DNA of 64,000 nt from Octopus sinensis (Eukaryota). The notes under the pieces were generated by a model. That model ran no database searches. It was not told the DNA's origin and saw nothing but the letters and a program-made list of their open reading frames with translations. Location of the stretch: NCBI RefSeq assembly GCF_006345805.1, contig NC_042998.1:174654001-174718000 (forward strand), written 5' to 3'. The position numbers and the translations under genes were made by a program. Below, piece by piece: positions 10,777 through 21,735 of the stretch; the first letter of the stretch is position 1; every line of letters starts with the position of its first letter.

Positions 10777-12491
10777 ACTTTGTTTCCTCATAACTTTCAG
10801 AAAAATGTATATTTGTAAATGAAATTTTCTACAAATTGCTTTCAGAGCGTAGATTTCCCTTACATCAGAATTAGTTGTAAAAATGCTGTTTCGGTAACGG
10901 GGGGGGGGGCAGTTTCGCATAATTAACACGAGTCGGCTTTATTTCCTCATAACTTTAAGAAAAGGTTTTTTTTTTAATGAAAATTTCTATCAGTACATTT
11001 CAAATGGCGTGGATTATGATTATATCGGGGGGAAATGGTAGGCGTGCACACATACATACTGACACACATCTCTATCTCTCTATATATAAAAGGCAGTTTG
11101 TCTGACTGATCGTGGCTTTCAACCGATTCTGATGAAACTTGACACACACATAGCCCAATGTCATAATTCAAAACTAACGCAGCGAAAATTTTGAAAAGTT
11201 CCCCCAGTTCTGAAAAAAATCGATAAATTTGACATGGGGTCGAGAATCTAAGCTTATCATATGCAACACATTTTCCGTTGTAGTTTTCGCAACTTGCAAT
11301 CGATTTTCACCAAACTCATGGTGAAGCTTAATGTTACCCTAAGGAACTTAATTCTGACGTTAGTTTTCCATGCAATACCTTACCATCAGAAAAAATCGAT
11401 AAAATCATACCATTTTGGGAAATCGCGTTCAAATTCAAGATGACAAATTTTCGACAATATCTTTAACAAATTGGCAGGAATTTTTTTTGAAATTCACAGC
11501 GAGTATCATGTCTGCTCCAAGGAGCTATATGGCCCTTTTGATTCCAATAGGATACGTTATTACTGGAAAAATCGGTTAATTACATCATATGTGGCACACA
11601 TAGCAAACCGATTTTTCTGCGATATCTTTTGAAAGTTCACATAAATTTTCCCTACACTGATGTTGGACATCAAGTTTGCATTAAATGTCAAACTAACGAC
11701 CTTTTGTCAATGCAGTTAACAAGTGTTGGGAGAAATCGACAAAACCATATCACTTTGAGACCAACCATGCGAACCCTACAAAACTGACTTTTGTTAAATA
11801 GTTGGCGGATTTCAGGCACACATGCGCCTTCGTTCCCTAGAAGGAAAGGACTAGATCGGGATTAGTCGTTGCCTACTAGAGGCTCCTGAGCCCCCTTTCG
11901 CTAGACTTAAGTTAGGATTAGGCAGGGCTTAGCTGTGGTCCGAACCCAATTTGGGTTCGGGGGGCGGTGCCAAAAGGGCTGGCATGTGCAACCTTATCAC
12001 TTCTGCCGGTCAAACTCACAACCCATGCGTTCCCGTCGCGACACTGATCCCGCAGAACTGGGTTGGGTGTGCTAAACAAAACCAGAAAATGCACTTTGAC
12101 TGTCATAGATTTTCTTCATGCATGCAAGGGAACGGTGCCTTGAATGCCTTAATGCCTTTTAGGCTTCATTTTACAAAATAACGGTTCAATGAGTACAAAA
12201 AAGGGTAAAAAGGTAAAGGGCATTGCTTATCGACAAAGTTTCTTACATACCCGGGCAACGCCGGGCTATGCTGTTAGTTACTTATATATCTACGAAATGA
12301 AACTTGAAATTTCGAAAATAATTTGAGGTATGTGTCAGTATGTACGTGTACACCCACCATTTTTGTTTGTTTGTTTGTTTGTTAGTTTTACGTTAAAGTC
12401 CAATATAATCATAATCTACGCCATCTGGAGTGTATTTGTAAATAAATTCATTTAAAATATCCATTTTCTAAAAGTTATGAGGAAACAAAGT
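10777..12491. mobile_element. Fold-back / long-TIR non-autonomous element hosting a Helitron
   Basis: 10937-11068 is an imperfect reverse complement of 12329-12491 (TTTCCTCATAACTTT, GATTATGATTATAT, CATACTGACACA); an extra partial left copy starts at 10777. Confidence 0.6.
11069..12277 (+). mobile_element. Non-autonomous Helitron-like element
   Basis: 5' TC...CTATATATAAAA; 3' GC hairpin CCCGG-gcaacg-CCGGG followed by ...TTAG; sits between A and T with no TSD. Confidence 0.7.
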
Positions 12492-12609
12492 TAATTGGAG
12501 GGGGGAGGCTACAATTGTGTAGATATGCTTCCTTGATAATAAAATTAAATCGATGGAACTTATGTTGTACAGCAAACCAAAAAAATAATAACTTGCGTAA
12601 ATGTTGAAC

Positions 12610-12800
12610 GATTCTTTGATATATTCCGTATTCTTTAAAAAAAAATGAATGAATGAATGAATGAATGAACGCAAGACCATCTACGAAAACAAGGCTACTA
12701 ATTTGCTGGATTAGTTATGTCTGTTTCTGTTTTCCGTATTATTGTTTTTATCCTGCACTTGCAGTAAACGGTTAAGAAAGGCATGTGAAACAGTAAGTAA
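12610..12800 (+). promoter_or_regulatory. Candidate promoter and non-coding first exon of ZNF gene 1 (donor A|GTAAGT at 12793)
   Basis: Block TTCTTTGATATATTC...ACGAAAACAAGGCT...AAACA|GTAAGTAAACCTGTTA recurs upstream of ZNF3 (donor 44807) and ZNF4 (donor 53784). Confidence 0.55.
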
Positions 12801-13070
12801 ACCTGTTATTAATTTCTTATTTTAAAAATGATAACTGTTCTGGTTAGTTTTATGTAAACCGTTTGATGGAGGTTGGTCACTAAACAATAAAGCTGATCTC
12901 GAAGAGCATCTCCGATAAGTTGGAACATATATTATTAGATCGAAAATGAATTAAAATGTTGGTGAATGAAAAGAAAAAGGGAAATTTTGTGCATGTAGGG
13001 TGGCATTATCTGAATGCATTCAATGTAATTATTATAGCCAGTAGTATCTTAAAGAAATTATAATGCCAAT

Positions 13071-13074
<4 letters not shown>

Positions 13075-13121
<47 letters not shown>
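13075..13121. repeat. (TA)n microsatellite
   Basis: Direct reading. Confidence 0.95.
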
Positions 13122-13125
<4 letters not shown>

Positions 13126-13392
13126 TCAGCCGAAATTGCGAAGATGATCTGGTTCTTGACTGATGACTGAGGGCTTCGAATGTCCCGTCCTGTGGTTCTT
13201 GTGTCGTCTCTTTGGTGTTTCATGTTCTTGTCCATGTCTGTAATTATTTTTACTGTTTACATATATATATATATATCAATCCGTGAACTAAAAACAATAG
13301 AGAAACATAAAGTAGAATGCAAACAAACATAAACGTCGCTGAATTTTCAAAACAAAAATTCTCCAAATATTACATAATATCTAGGTGGACGT

Positions 13393-13812
13393 GAATGTGC
13401 CCCCCCCCCCACACACACACACACTTTTTTTTTTTTTTCCTTTTTTTGTTTTTTTACAGAATCCCCCATTTTCGAGTACAGAAATTCTGATTCTGCAAAA
13501 AAAAAAATGGAATTTAAAAATTTTAATTCTCCCCACCCACCCCCAAAAAATTGTCCAATTTTCACTTTTTTCTTAAAAATTGAAACTTTACAAATTTTTT
13601 TTTCAGAATCATAATCTCCGTATTTTTCTACGTATTTCGGAAAAAAAAAAAAAAAAAAAAAAATTCTGAAAAAGTGAAAATTGAAGAATTTGGCGGGGGA
13701 GGTGTTAAAAGGCTTTTTTCTCCTTTTGCAGAATCAGAATCTCCGTACTCGAAAATAGGGGGTTCTGTATAAAAAAGGAAAAAAACAGACGAAAGCGTGT
13801 GTGGTCCATATT
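13393..13812. mobile_element. Palindromic MITE-like element
   Basis: 13455-13500 is a near reverse complement of 13724-13769; weaker symmetry extends outward. Confidence 0.6.
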
Positions 13813-13914
13813 CTTTACATCCGCCTAATATCTAATGGTTAAACTAAAGCGTTACACCATTCAAAGAAACAAAAAAAAATGTGTGTAATAGGTGTAAAAC
13901 AACTTCCTCTGAAC

Positions 13915-14044
13915 GAATATCTTACAAACTATAGAATTTTCTCAATAAAGCCAAGAGAAAAATATGTTCTACCAGTATACGAAGTTTAAAATTTTTTAGT
14001 TACCTAGAAATTGTTAAAAACTGCCATTCAAACCGAAAAGATCC
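13915..14044 (+). mobile_element. Right-end fragment of the GGATC-TIR MITE (full copy at 43127-43533)
   Basis: Colinear with 43390-43533; ends AAAACTGCCATTCAAACCGAAAAGATCC. Confidence 0.75.
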
Positions 14045-15222
14045 AGTAATGTAAGTAATGTCAAAATCAATTTCCCAAAGTTCCATCTACTGTGCTTGTC
14101 TGCCTAAGTATAAACGTTAACATGGTGTGTCTACTTAGTGTCAGACGTATTTTACTTAATACAACTAGAATTAGTCAATACTTATAACACAGGTATACCG
14201 TCCGCATTAAAGCCCTTTTTACTTTACACTTCTGCTGTTCCTTTACAAAACTTTTACTAAAAGAATGCTAACTTGACCAGATTAGTTTTTTATCAATCTT
14301 TTCATAAACACTGGACGTCTCTTTGGATCACATAATCACATGCCTTGCTCAGCAAGAATTATTATTTAGCCTTATCAACATTTTATGATGTTAAAATAAA
14401 AAGCCTTATTACTATTCTTGTTGCTACTTGGTGTGGTCAATGCTAGTGTTCAACAGAATAAAATCTGTTTCTGTTGATTTGTAGTACTTCATTTTTCTTT
14501 TATTAACATTATGGATATATTTTATACATTAGGTTAATCAGAGAAAGAAAGGCAATGCCTAAGACTCTTTTTAGGCCTCCATTATCAGTAGGAGGCAGAA
14601 ACGAAGTTATCCTCAGAGCAGATGAGAAGAAATTTCTCTTTCCACCCAAGATAATAATAATAATAATAATGAAATTATTGTATACAGAGCTCAGGTACAC
14701 CACAACTTGTCAAAAGTGCGTATAAAGCATATGCAGTAATGTACAAATGTCTGGGAAGTGAACAGTGTATGAGTCAGATACATGCTTGCGTGTGTATGAA
14801 GGGGAGAAAATCAGGTGTAGTGTTGGCGAATCTCAGGAAGCATGGAAGTTTTGAAGGATGCAGTGCTCCGACAACTAACAACTGATGCCAGCAGTTTGTT
14901 CCATGCTTCAGCAATTCTTAGCGTAATGTATTAACATATTCCATTATTCTTTTCACCTTTTGTTATCTCCATATTATTTATGTTGACAATGAGTGAGCCT
15001 CTACCTTGTGGGTCAATCTGCTGGAAAATTGCAAACAACTCGCCCTTAAATTACATTTTACCATCTTAAATAAAGAAAAAATACAGTTAATATAAGACTA
15101 CAGTTACTGTTGTACATACCCCTAAAAAAACAGGATGGTTGTGGTTGGTATGCTGGTCAGCTTGATTGTAGTCATCGAGGGACTAAACAACCACTTTTCC
15201 ATGACTTTCTCCCCATCTCTCT

Positions 15223-15660
15223 TCATCATCATCATCATCATCATCATTGTTTAATGTCCGTTTTCCATGCTGGCATGGGTTGGACGGTTCAACTGGAGTC
15301 TGGGAAGCCAGAAGGCTGCGCCAGGCCCAGTCTGATCTGGCAGTGTTTCTACAGCTGGATGCCCTTCCTAACGCCAACCACTCCGTGAGTGTAGTGGGTG
15401 CTTTTAAAGTGCCACCTGCACAGGTGCCAGACGAGGCTGGCAAACAGCCACGATCGGATGGTGCTTTTTACAAGCCACCGGCACGGGGGCCAGACTAGGC
15501 TGGCAACGGCCACAATCAGATGGTGCATTTTATGTGCCACCGGCACGGAGGCCAGTCGGGGCGGCGTTGGCAATGGCCACTTTCGGATGGTTCTCTTACG
15601 TGCCACCGGCACTGGTATCACAGCTACAATTTCCATTGATGTTGATCGATTTCGATTTTA
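15223..15660 (-). mobile_element. RTE 3' UTR-derived repeat (family C)
   Basis: (CAT)n tail, family C body and about three internal tandem units. Confidence 0.88.
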
Positions 15661-15749
15661 CTTTGTTTTAACATTCGAAATTTGCATCAAGTCTCTTCTT
15701 GATAATCTTTCTATTTATATTTAATACACCATTATATCTTCTTACATTT

Positions 15750-15764
15750 TTGTTTCATTTCAGG
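15750..15764 (+). other. Candidate 3' splice acceptor upstream of ZNF1 (TTTCATTTCAG|G)
   Basis: Pyrimidine tract plus CAG; homologous acceptors at 34072, 48124 and 55691, each 450-550 bp upstream of the ATG and followed by alignable sequence. Confidence 0.55.
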
Positions 15765-16244
15765 TGTTTGGTCATATTAAGACAATGATTTCTTACTCAG
15801 GATTCCTCGACAAATTAACGAAGAACATTGCAAACTGAAACACTAACATTATCAAGAATACATGTGACACTTTAAAGAAATTTTGTATATAGCTTACAGA
15901 TATATTTCCATGTGTTTTTGTTAAAAAGTTGTAATATATTTGAGAAATTTAAACGCTAATGTTTACTGATTGATACATAACGTCTTACATGCTTGTTCCA
16001 TGTCAAGAACTGGAGCTAGTAGCATTATTTTTAGTTTCTAATTTCTAATTACAAAACAAACTTCCAGTGTTTCTTTGTGAATGAGTATATCTACAAATAT
16101 CTTTAAATTAGGTATTGTAATCATGATTACAATCAAGAGCAAGTTTTGATTATATAAACTTGTTAAGCACATTTACTTCATTGATATGTCTCATAGACAG
16201 CCACATGAACACTACAAAATATAAAAATTATAATTGATGACAGT

Positions 16245-17966
16245 ATGGAAGAGAACTCATCTAAAAGTCAGGACTATGGTGAAATACAATCCAGTGATAA
16301 AGATTTATCTCATCATCCACAAATAGACATAGAGAAGAAATCGTACACATGTGACATTTGTGGAAAGACATTCTCTGAGAAACATATTTTTACTTCTCAC
16401 AAGTGTAAGCAAACAGGTGAGAAACCATATCTTTGCGAAAGCTGTGGTAAAAGTTTCTCGTTCAGGTGTGAATTCACTTCACACTTACACATGCATACAG
16501 GTGAAAAGCCATACCACTGTGACACTTGTGGAAGAACATTCACACATAGGAGTACATTGACTAACCATAAACGTATTCATCCCGATGAGAAACCATTCCA
16601 CTGTGATATTTGTGGTAAAGAATTCTCTGAAAAGGAAACACTAACTCGTCATGTCCGTGTTCATGCAGGTGAGAAAGCATACCAATGTGATATCTGTAGC
16701 AAAGCATTCTCACATAAATGTAAATTAATATACCATATGCGTATTCACACAGGTGAGAAACCATTTCACTGTGATACCTGTGGTAAAACATTCTCACAAA
16801 AGGGTAAATTAATTAATCATAAACGTATTCACACTGGTGAGAAGCCATACCATTGTGATATTTGTGGTAAAACATTTTCTGAAAGGGGAACACTAACTGG
16901 TCATATTCGTATTCATACAGGTGAAAAATCATTCCACTGTGATATTTGTGGTAAATCATTTACTCACAATGTTCATTTGACTCATCACAGAAGCAGCCAT
17001 TCTGGAGAGAAGCCATTTTGCTGTGATATCTGTGGTAAAGGATTCTCAGTCAAGAGTACGTTTATTTCTCATAAACGTATTCATACAGGTGAGAAACCAT
17101 ACCATTGTGATATCTGTGGAAGAGCATTTACTAATACTGGAGCACGATCTCTGCATAAACATATTCACACTGGTGAAAAGCCATACAAATGTGATATCTG
17201 TAGCAAAGCATTCTCACACAAATGTAAATTAACTTATCATAAACGTATTCACACAGGTGAGAAACCATTTCGCTGTGATACCTGTGGTAAAACATTCTCA
17301 CAGAAGGGTAAATTAACCAATCATAACCGTATTCACACAGGAGAGAAACCATATCATTGTGATATTTGTGGTAAAACATTTGCTGAAAGTGGTACTCTAA
17401 CCAGTCATATACGTATTCATACAGGTGAGAAACCATATCACTGTGATATCTGTGGTAAATCATTTACACGCAATGTATATTTACTCCATCACAAAAACAG
17501 TCATTCTGTGGTTAAGCCATATCCTTGTGATAGCTGTGGTAAAGCTTTCTCGCACAAGAGTACATTAATTGCTCATAAACGTACTCACCCAGGTCTAAAT
17601 CCATTCCACTGTGATATCTGTGGTAAAACATTCCTTCATAAATATAAGTTAACTTATCATAAATGTATTCACACTAGTATAAAACCAAACAATCCAAGCA
17701 CCACCAGCAGTAAGAAACCATATCGTTGTGATGTCTGTGGTCAGGCATTCAAACAGAGTACTATATTAATTTCTCATGTACGTACGCATACTGGTGAAAA
17801 ACCATATCAATGTGATATCTGTGATAAAGCATTTGCACAGAGAGGTGCATTAACTGCACATAAACGTATTCATACAGGTGAAAAACCATACCCCTGTGAT
17901 ATTTGTGGTAAAACATTTTCTCTCAAGAGTAATTTAACTGTCCACCAACATATTCACTCAGGTTAG
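16245..17966 (+). CDS. C2H2 zinc-finger protein, 573 aa, ~19 fingers (first atypical); cluster gene 1
   Basis: Uninterrupted ORF of CxxC-x12-H-x3-H repeats with TGEKP linkers; short acidic N-terminus; no KRAB, SCAN or BTB domain recognisable. Confidence 0.95.
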   Translation: MEENSSKSQDYGEIQSSDKDLSHHPQIDIEKKSYTCDICGKTFSEKHIFTSHKCKQTGEKPYLCESCGKSFSFRCEFTSHLHMHTGEKPYHCDTCGRTFTHRSTLTNHKRIHPDEKPFHCDICGKEFSEKETLTRHVRVHAGEKAYQCDICSKAFSHKCKLIYHMRIHTGEKPFHCDTCGKTFSQKGKLINHKRIHTGEKPYHCDICGKTFSERGTLTGHIRIHTGEKSFHCDICGKSFTHNVHLTHHRSSHSGEKPFCCDICGKGFSVKSTFISHKRIHTGEKPYHCDICGRAFTNTGARSLHKHIHTGEKPYKCDICSKAFSHKCKLTYHKRIHTGEKPFRCDTCGKTFSQKGKLTNHNRIHTGEKPYHCDICGKTFAESGTLTSHIRIHTGEKPYHCDICGKSFTRNVYLLHHKNSHSVVKPYPCDSCGKAFSHKSTLIAHKRTHPGLNPFHCDICGKTFLHKYKLTYHKCIHTSIKPNNPSTTSSKKPYRCDVCGQAFKQSTILISHVRTHTGEKPYQCDICDKAFAQRGALTAHKRIHTGEKPYPCDICGKTFSLKSNLTVHQHIHSG

Positions 17967-17998
17967 AAACCATATCTTTATAACATCTATGATGAGAT

Positions 17999-18390
17999 GA
18001 AGGCAGCAAGCTGGCAGAAATGTTAGTACGCCAGGTGAAATGCTTAGCGGTATTTCGTCTGTCTTTACGTTTTGAAAGTCGACTTTGCCTTTCATCCTTT
18101 TGGGGTCAATAAATTAATTACCAATTACGCACTGGGGTCGATATAATTGACTTAATCATTTGTCTGTCCTTGTTTGTCCTCTCTGTGTTTAGCCCCTTGT
18201 GGGTAGTAAAGAAATAGGTATTTCGTCTGTCTTTACGTTCTGAGTTCAAATTCCACCAAGGTCGATTTTGCCTTTCGTCCTTTTGGGGTCAAAAAATTAA
18301 GTACCAGTTGTGTACTGGAGTCAATCTAACCAACTGTCCCCACCAAAAAAAAAATTATCAGGCCTTGTGCCTAGAGTAGAAAAGAATATA
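17999..18390 (+). mobile_element. SINE family A dimer with 11-bp TSD, 32 bp after the ZNF1 stop
   Basis: TSD TATGATGAGAT at 17988-17998 and 18391-18401; junction GAAATAGGTATTTC at 18211-18224. Confidence 0.9.
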
Positions 18391-18866
18391 TATGATGAGA
18401 TATTTTCTCACACAACTTTACTCACACTTGTGAAAGAACATATCATTGTGGTATCTGGCAGTAAAGCACTTTGTACAGAGGAATATTAAATCACCATAAA
18501 CATATTCACAGATTTGAAAAAAACTAAAACTCAATGCCTTTTCTAGTAAGACACTCCCCCAAATGAGTATGGAGAAATTTAATCACTCACCCAGCGGAAT
18601 GACTAAACTCTGTTAACCCTTATAAATTGATTTTTATTATCCATTGTAATATGGTAGCTAGCTCTCATTATCTCACTCAATGCTGAAGTAACTGCAGAAT
18701 CTTCCACTTAATAAACTTGTACACGTTTGTATAACCTCTGACTGTAAATTATAAAGAAGTTTGTCTTTTGTATTTTTCACAAATATATAAACTCCAAATA
18801 GTTATCACTTCTTTTGCTGCTATTATTTGCTGACAAGTCATTTAGAATAATTTCATTACATTGTAG

Positions 18867-19024
18867 AGGCACAGGCATAGCTGTGTAGTTAAGAAGCTTG
18901 CTTCCCAACAATGTGATCTCAGGTTCAGTCACACTGCACAGCACTTTGGGAAAGTGTCTTCTACTTTAGCACTGACTAAAGCCTTCTGAGTGGATTTGGT
19001 AGAAAGAAACTAAAAAAAGTCTGT
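18867..19024 (+). mobile_element. SINE family B head, diverged
   Basis: tRNA-like head plus CTTTGGGAAAGTGTCTT...GAGTGGATTTGGTAG. Confidence 0.7.
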
Positions 19025-19054
19025 AATAATGTGTGTGTGTGTGTTTATATTTAT

Positions 19055-19091
<37 letters not shown>

Positions 19092-19093
19092 CT

Positions 19094-19490
19094 TTCTCTC
19101 TTTTACTTGTTTCAGTCATTTGACTGTGGCCATGCTGGAGCACCGCCTTTAACCAAGCAAATCGACCCCAGGACTTATTCTTTGTAAGCCTAGTACTTAT
19201 TCTATCGGTCTCTTTTGCTGAACTGCTAAGTTACGGGGACATAAACACACCAGCATCGGTTGTCGAGCGATGTTGGGAAGACAAACACAGACACACAAAC
19301 ACATACACACACACTCATACATATATATATATATATATATATACAACAGGCTTCTTTCAGTTTCCGTGTACCAAATCCACTCACAAGGCTTCGGTCGGCC
19401 CAAGGCTATAGTAGAAGACACTTGCCCAAGGTGCCATGCATGGGACTGAACCCAGAACCATGTGGTTGGTAAGCAAGCTACTTACCGCAC
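19094..19490 (-). mobile_element. SINE family B, near full length
   Basis: The minus strand has a tRNA-like head, a CORE-like GGCACCTTGGGCAAGTGTCTT, an internal (TA/TG)n and the tail GGTGCTCCAGCATGGCCACAGTCAAATGACTGAAACAAGTAAAAG. Confidence 0.88.
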
Positions 19491-19521
19491 AATATATATA
19501 TGTATATATAAATAAATATAT

Positions 19522-19574
<53 letters not shown>

Positions 19575-19576
<2 letters not shown>

Positions 19577-21025
19577 TGGGCTTTTCGAAAGTCCTGTTAC
19601 ACTCGTTACAATGCTCCCAACAAAGAACACGACGATAGTTTTGATGCATTTAGACACATTTTTATTATTTTAGCATATAAATACCTGTTTAAATTTAAAT
19701 ATTAATCAATGTGGCTACCCTCAGTGGTGAGCACGCACTCCAGATGAGACTTGAAGGCCATGCACATGTTGCAAATGAAGTCCTTCCTAATGTTGGCCCA
19801 CATGTGGTTGACAGAGGACTTCAGCTCATCAACATTGCTTTGTCCTCGACATGGACTCCCAAGGAGGTTGAGTTTGGGCAACTGTGGCATCCAAAAGTCC
19901 TTCAACCAGAATTCATGTTCAACCCTAACCACTCTTGTACAGCTGTGGCCATGTGGACCAGAGCACCATCCTGCTGAAAGACACAGTCTGCCTTACTCGT
20001 AATCTTTCTCACCCAGGGCAGGACTTTTGTGGCCAACATGTCCCTGTAGTTGGGCATGGTAAGCCTTTAACCCTTTCGTTACTGTATTTATTTTGAGATG
20101 CTCTGTGTTTCTTTCAATTACTTTGAAATATAACAAAGAATTTAGTAAAATAACTTTGTTATCATTCAGCTAGAGTTAGGAACATAAATTGTGATTAAAG
20201 TTTGGTGGAAGATTTTAATTCAAAACTCATGAAAACAAGACATTTGTATTCAGAGCCAGAGCCGGTTTTAGCCGGGTTGGTATTGAAAGGGTTAACTGGC
20301 TGCAAAGCACACCAGTGGCATCTTCTTGTCATTCGGAGCCACAATGCTGAGCTTCATCATGGAGGTCAAGTTCTTGGTTGTGGATACGTAGCAGACCTCA
20401 GAGATATCCTGACTGGAGGTGAATGTGCAGTCGTTCTGCTTCTTGATAACCGGATTGACTATGAAGGTTTTTTCATCAGAAAAAATGAGAATTCGATTGC
20501 TATGACACTTCAAGAAGTCATTGAGAAGGTGATGACAGCACTCCCAACATTGTTCTTGCATACGGTTGGTGAGCAGAGGCCTTTCCACACAACTTAAGCT
20601 CTTGATGGCCCTGAAACCATGGTCACCAAGAATTTGTTGTTCTTCACGAGCAGTCATTTTGAGCTTTAGATCACTTTTGAAGGCCTTTCTCACAGCCAAA
20701 CAGTTGACTTGAGGTCTTCCTGATCAAGGTCAATCTTTGTAGTGTTTCCCATTCTTGACCCTCTCTGTAACTCTGTGGGCAGTCATCCAGCTGACTTTGA
20801 GCCACTTGGCGATGTCAGACTTGTTGTGGCCCACGCACAGGAGAGCAGAGATCTTGATTCTTTTTGCTTCCATCTCGATACACCTGCACACAATGAAAAA
20901 GACATTTTAATGACACGTACTGGAAAAATAGAAGTATAAGTATGTTTAACGGCACTTTTTCTGTCACGCACGTTAACATCTCAAAAGATCAAAACTGGCT
21001 GCAACAGGACTTTTGCATAGCCTGG
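19575..21025 (-). mobile_element. Tc1/mariner-superfamily transposon (DD37D/maT-like), degenerate
   Basis: Minus-strand frames: LIFSDEKTF..N..KQND, VFQQDGALVH, FWMPQLPKLNLL (decayed WPP.SPDLN), LECVLTTEGSHID*; imperfect ~25-bp TIRs containing AAAGTCCTGTT, flanked by TA. Confidence 0.85.
20071..20291. mobile_element. piggyBac-type MITE nested in the Tc1/mariner transposase
   Basis: TTAA|CCCTTTC ... GAAAGGG|TTAA; TSD at 20067-20070 and 20292-20295. Confidence 0.85.
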
Positions 21026-21387
21026 TATATGAGATTTCAAATTACATCTTCAGCAAGTTAACTTGGGATTCCTTAATGACAGTGTACCCATCATTGAGTA
21101 ATTATTATATCCGAGGATCTGCTAACTAGGAAACATCTAGCCTGGATTTTACCTACTCTACTCCATCAATATGGATTTTTATTCACATTCATAGCTACTC
21201 AAGTTGCTAACTGTAAGCTATAAGAAAAAAGTTTGTTCAGCTCATCAAATTCTAAAACCTTCGATGCCAATAAATTGTTATTGTTCCTGAACGTTGTTTT
21301 TTTATACCTACCACAACAGCTCAAAGCTTACAAACTTCCTACATTTTGATCCTTGGATCTTATAATCACACACACACATACATACAT

Positions 21388-21434
<47 letters not shown>

Positions 21435-21436
21435 TA

Positions 21437-21735
21437 ACTGGCACTCTATCTGTTACAACAACAAGTGTTCCAGTTGATCCACTCAACAGAACAGCTTCCT
21501 TGTGAAATTAATATGCAAGTGGCTGAGCATTCCTCAGACACATGTATCTTTAACATAGTTCTCAGGAATATTCAGTATGACACAGAATGTGGCTAGGCTG
21601 GCCCTTTGAATTTCAGGTACAACTCATTTTTGCCAGCTGAGTGAAATGGAGCAACATGAGAAAAAAGTGTTGTGCTGAAGAACACAACATGCTGCCAGGA
21701 ATTGAACTCACAACCTTACAATCATGACCCCAATA
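21437..21735 (-). mobile_element. Diverged tRNA-derived SINE (family D-like body)
   Basis: The minus strand matches the body and tail of 36162-36549 (AAAGGGCCAGCC...CTCAGCCACTTGCA..TTAATTTCAC); head resembles the one at 24472. Confidence 0.65.

Noticed and set aside
13122-13260. CTGATGA in a short insert between (TA)n tracts as a hammerhead
   Set aside because: No GAAA or stems I/III in the right places; it may be a retroelement fragment but I cannot support a ribozyme.
16351-17463. Alternate-frame and antisense ORFs over the ZNF genes (also at 34.7-35.7, 48.6-49.6 and 56.2-56.6 kb)
   Set aside because: Shadows of the 84-nt finger periodicity; no independent coding signal.
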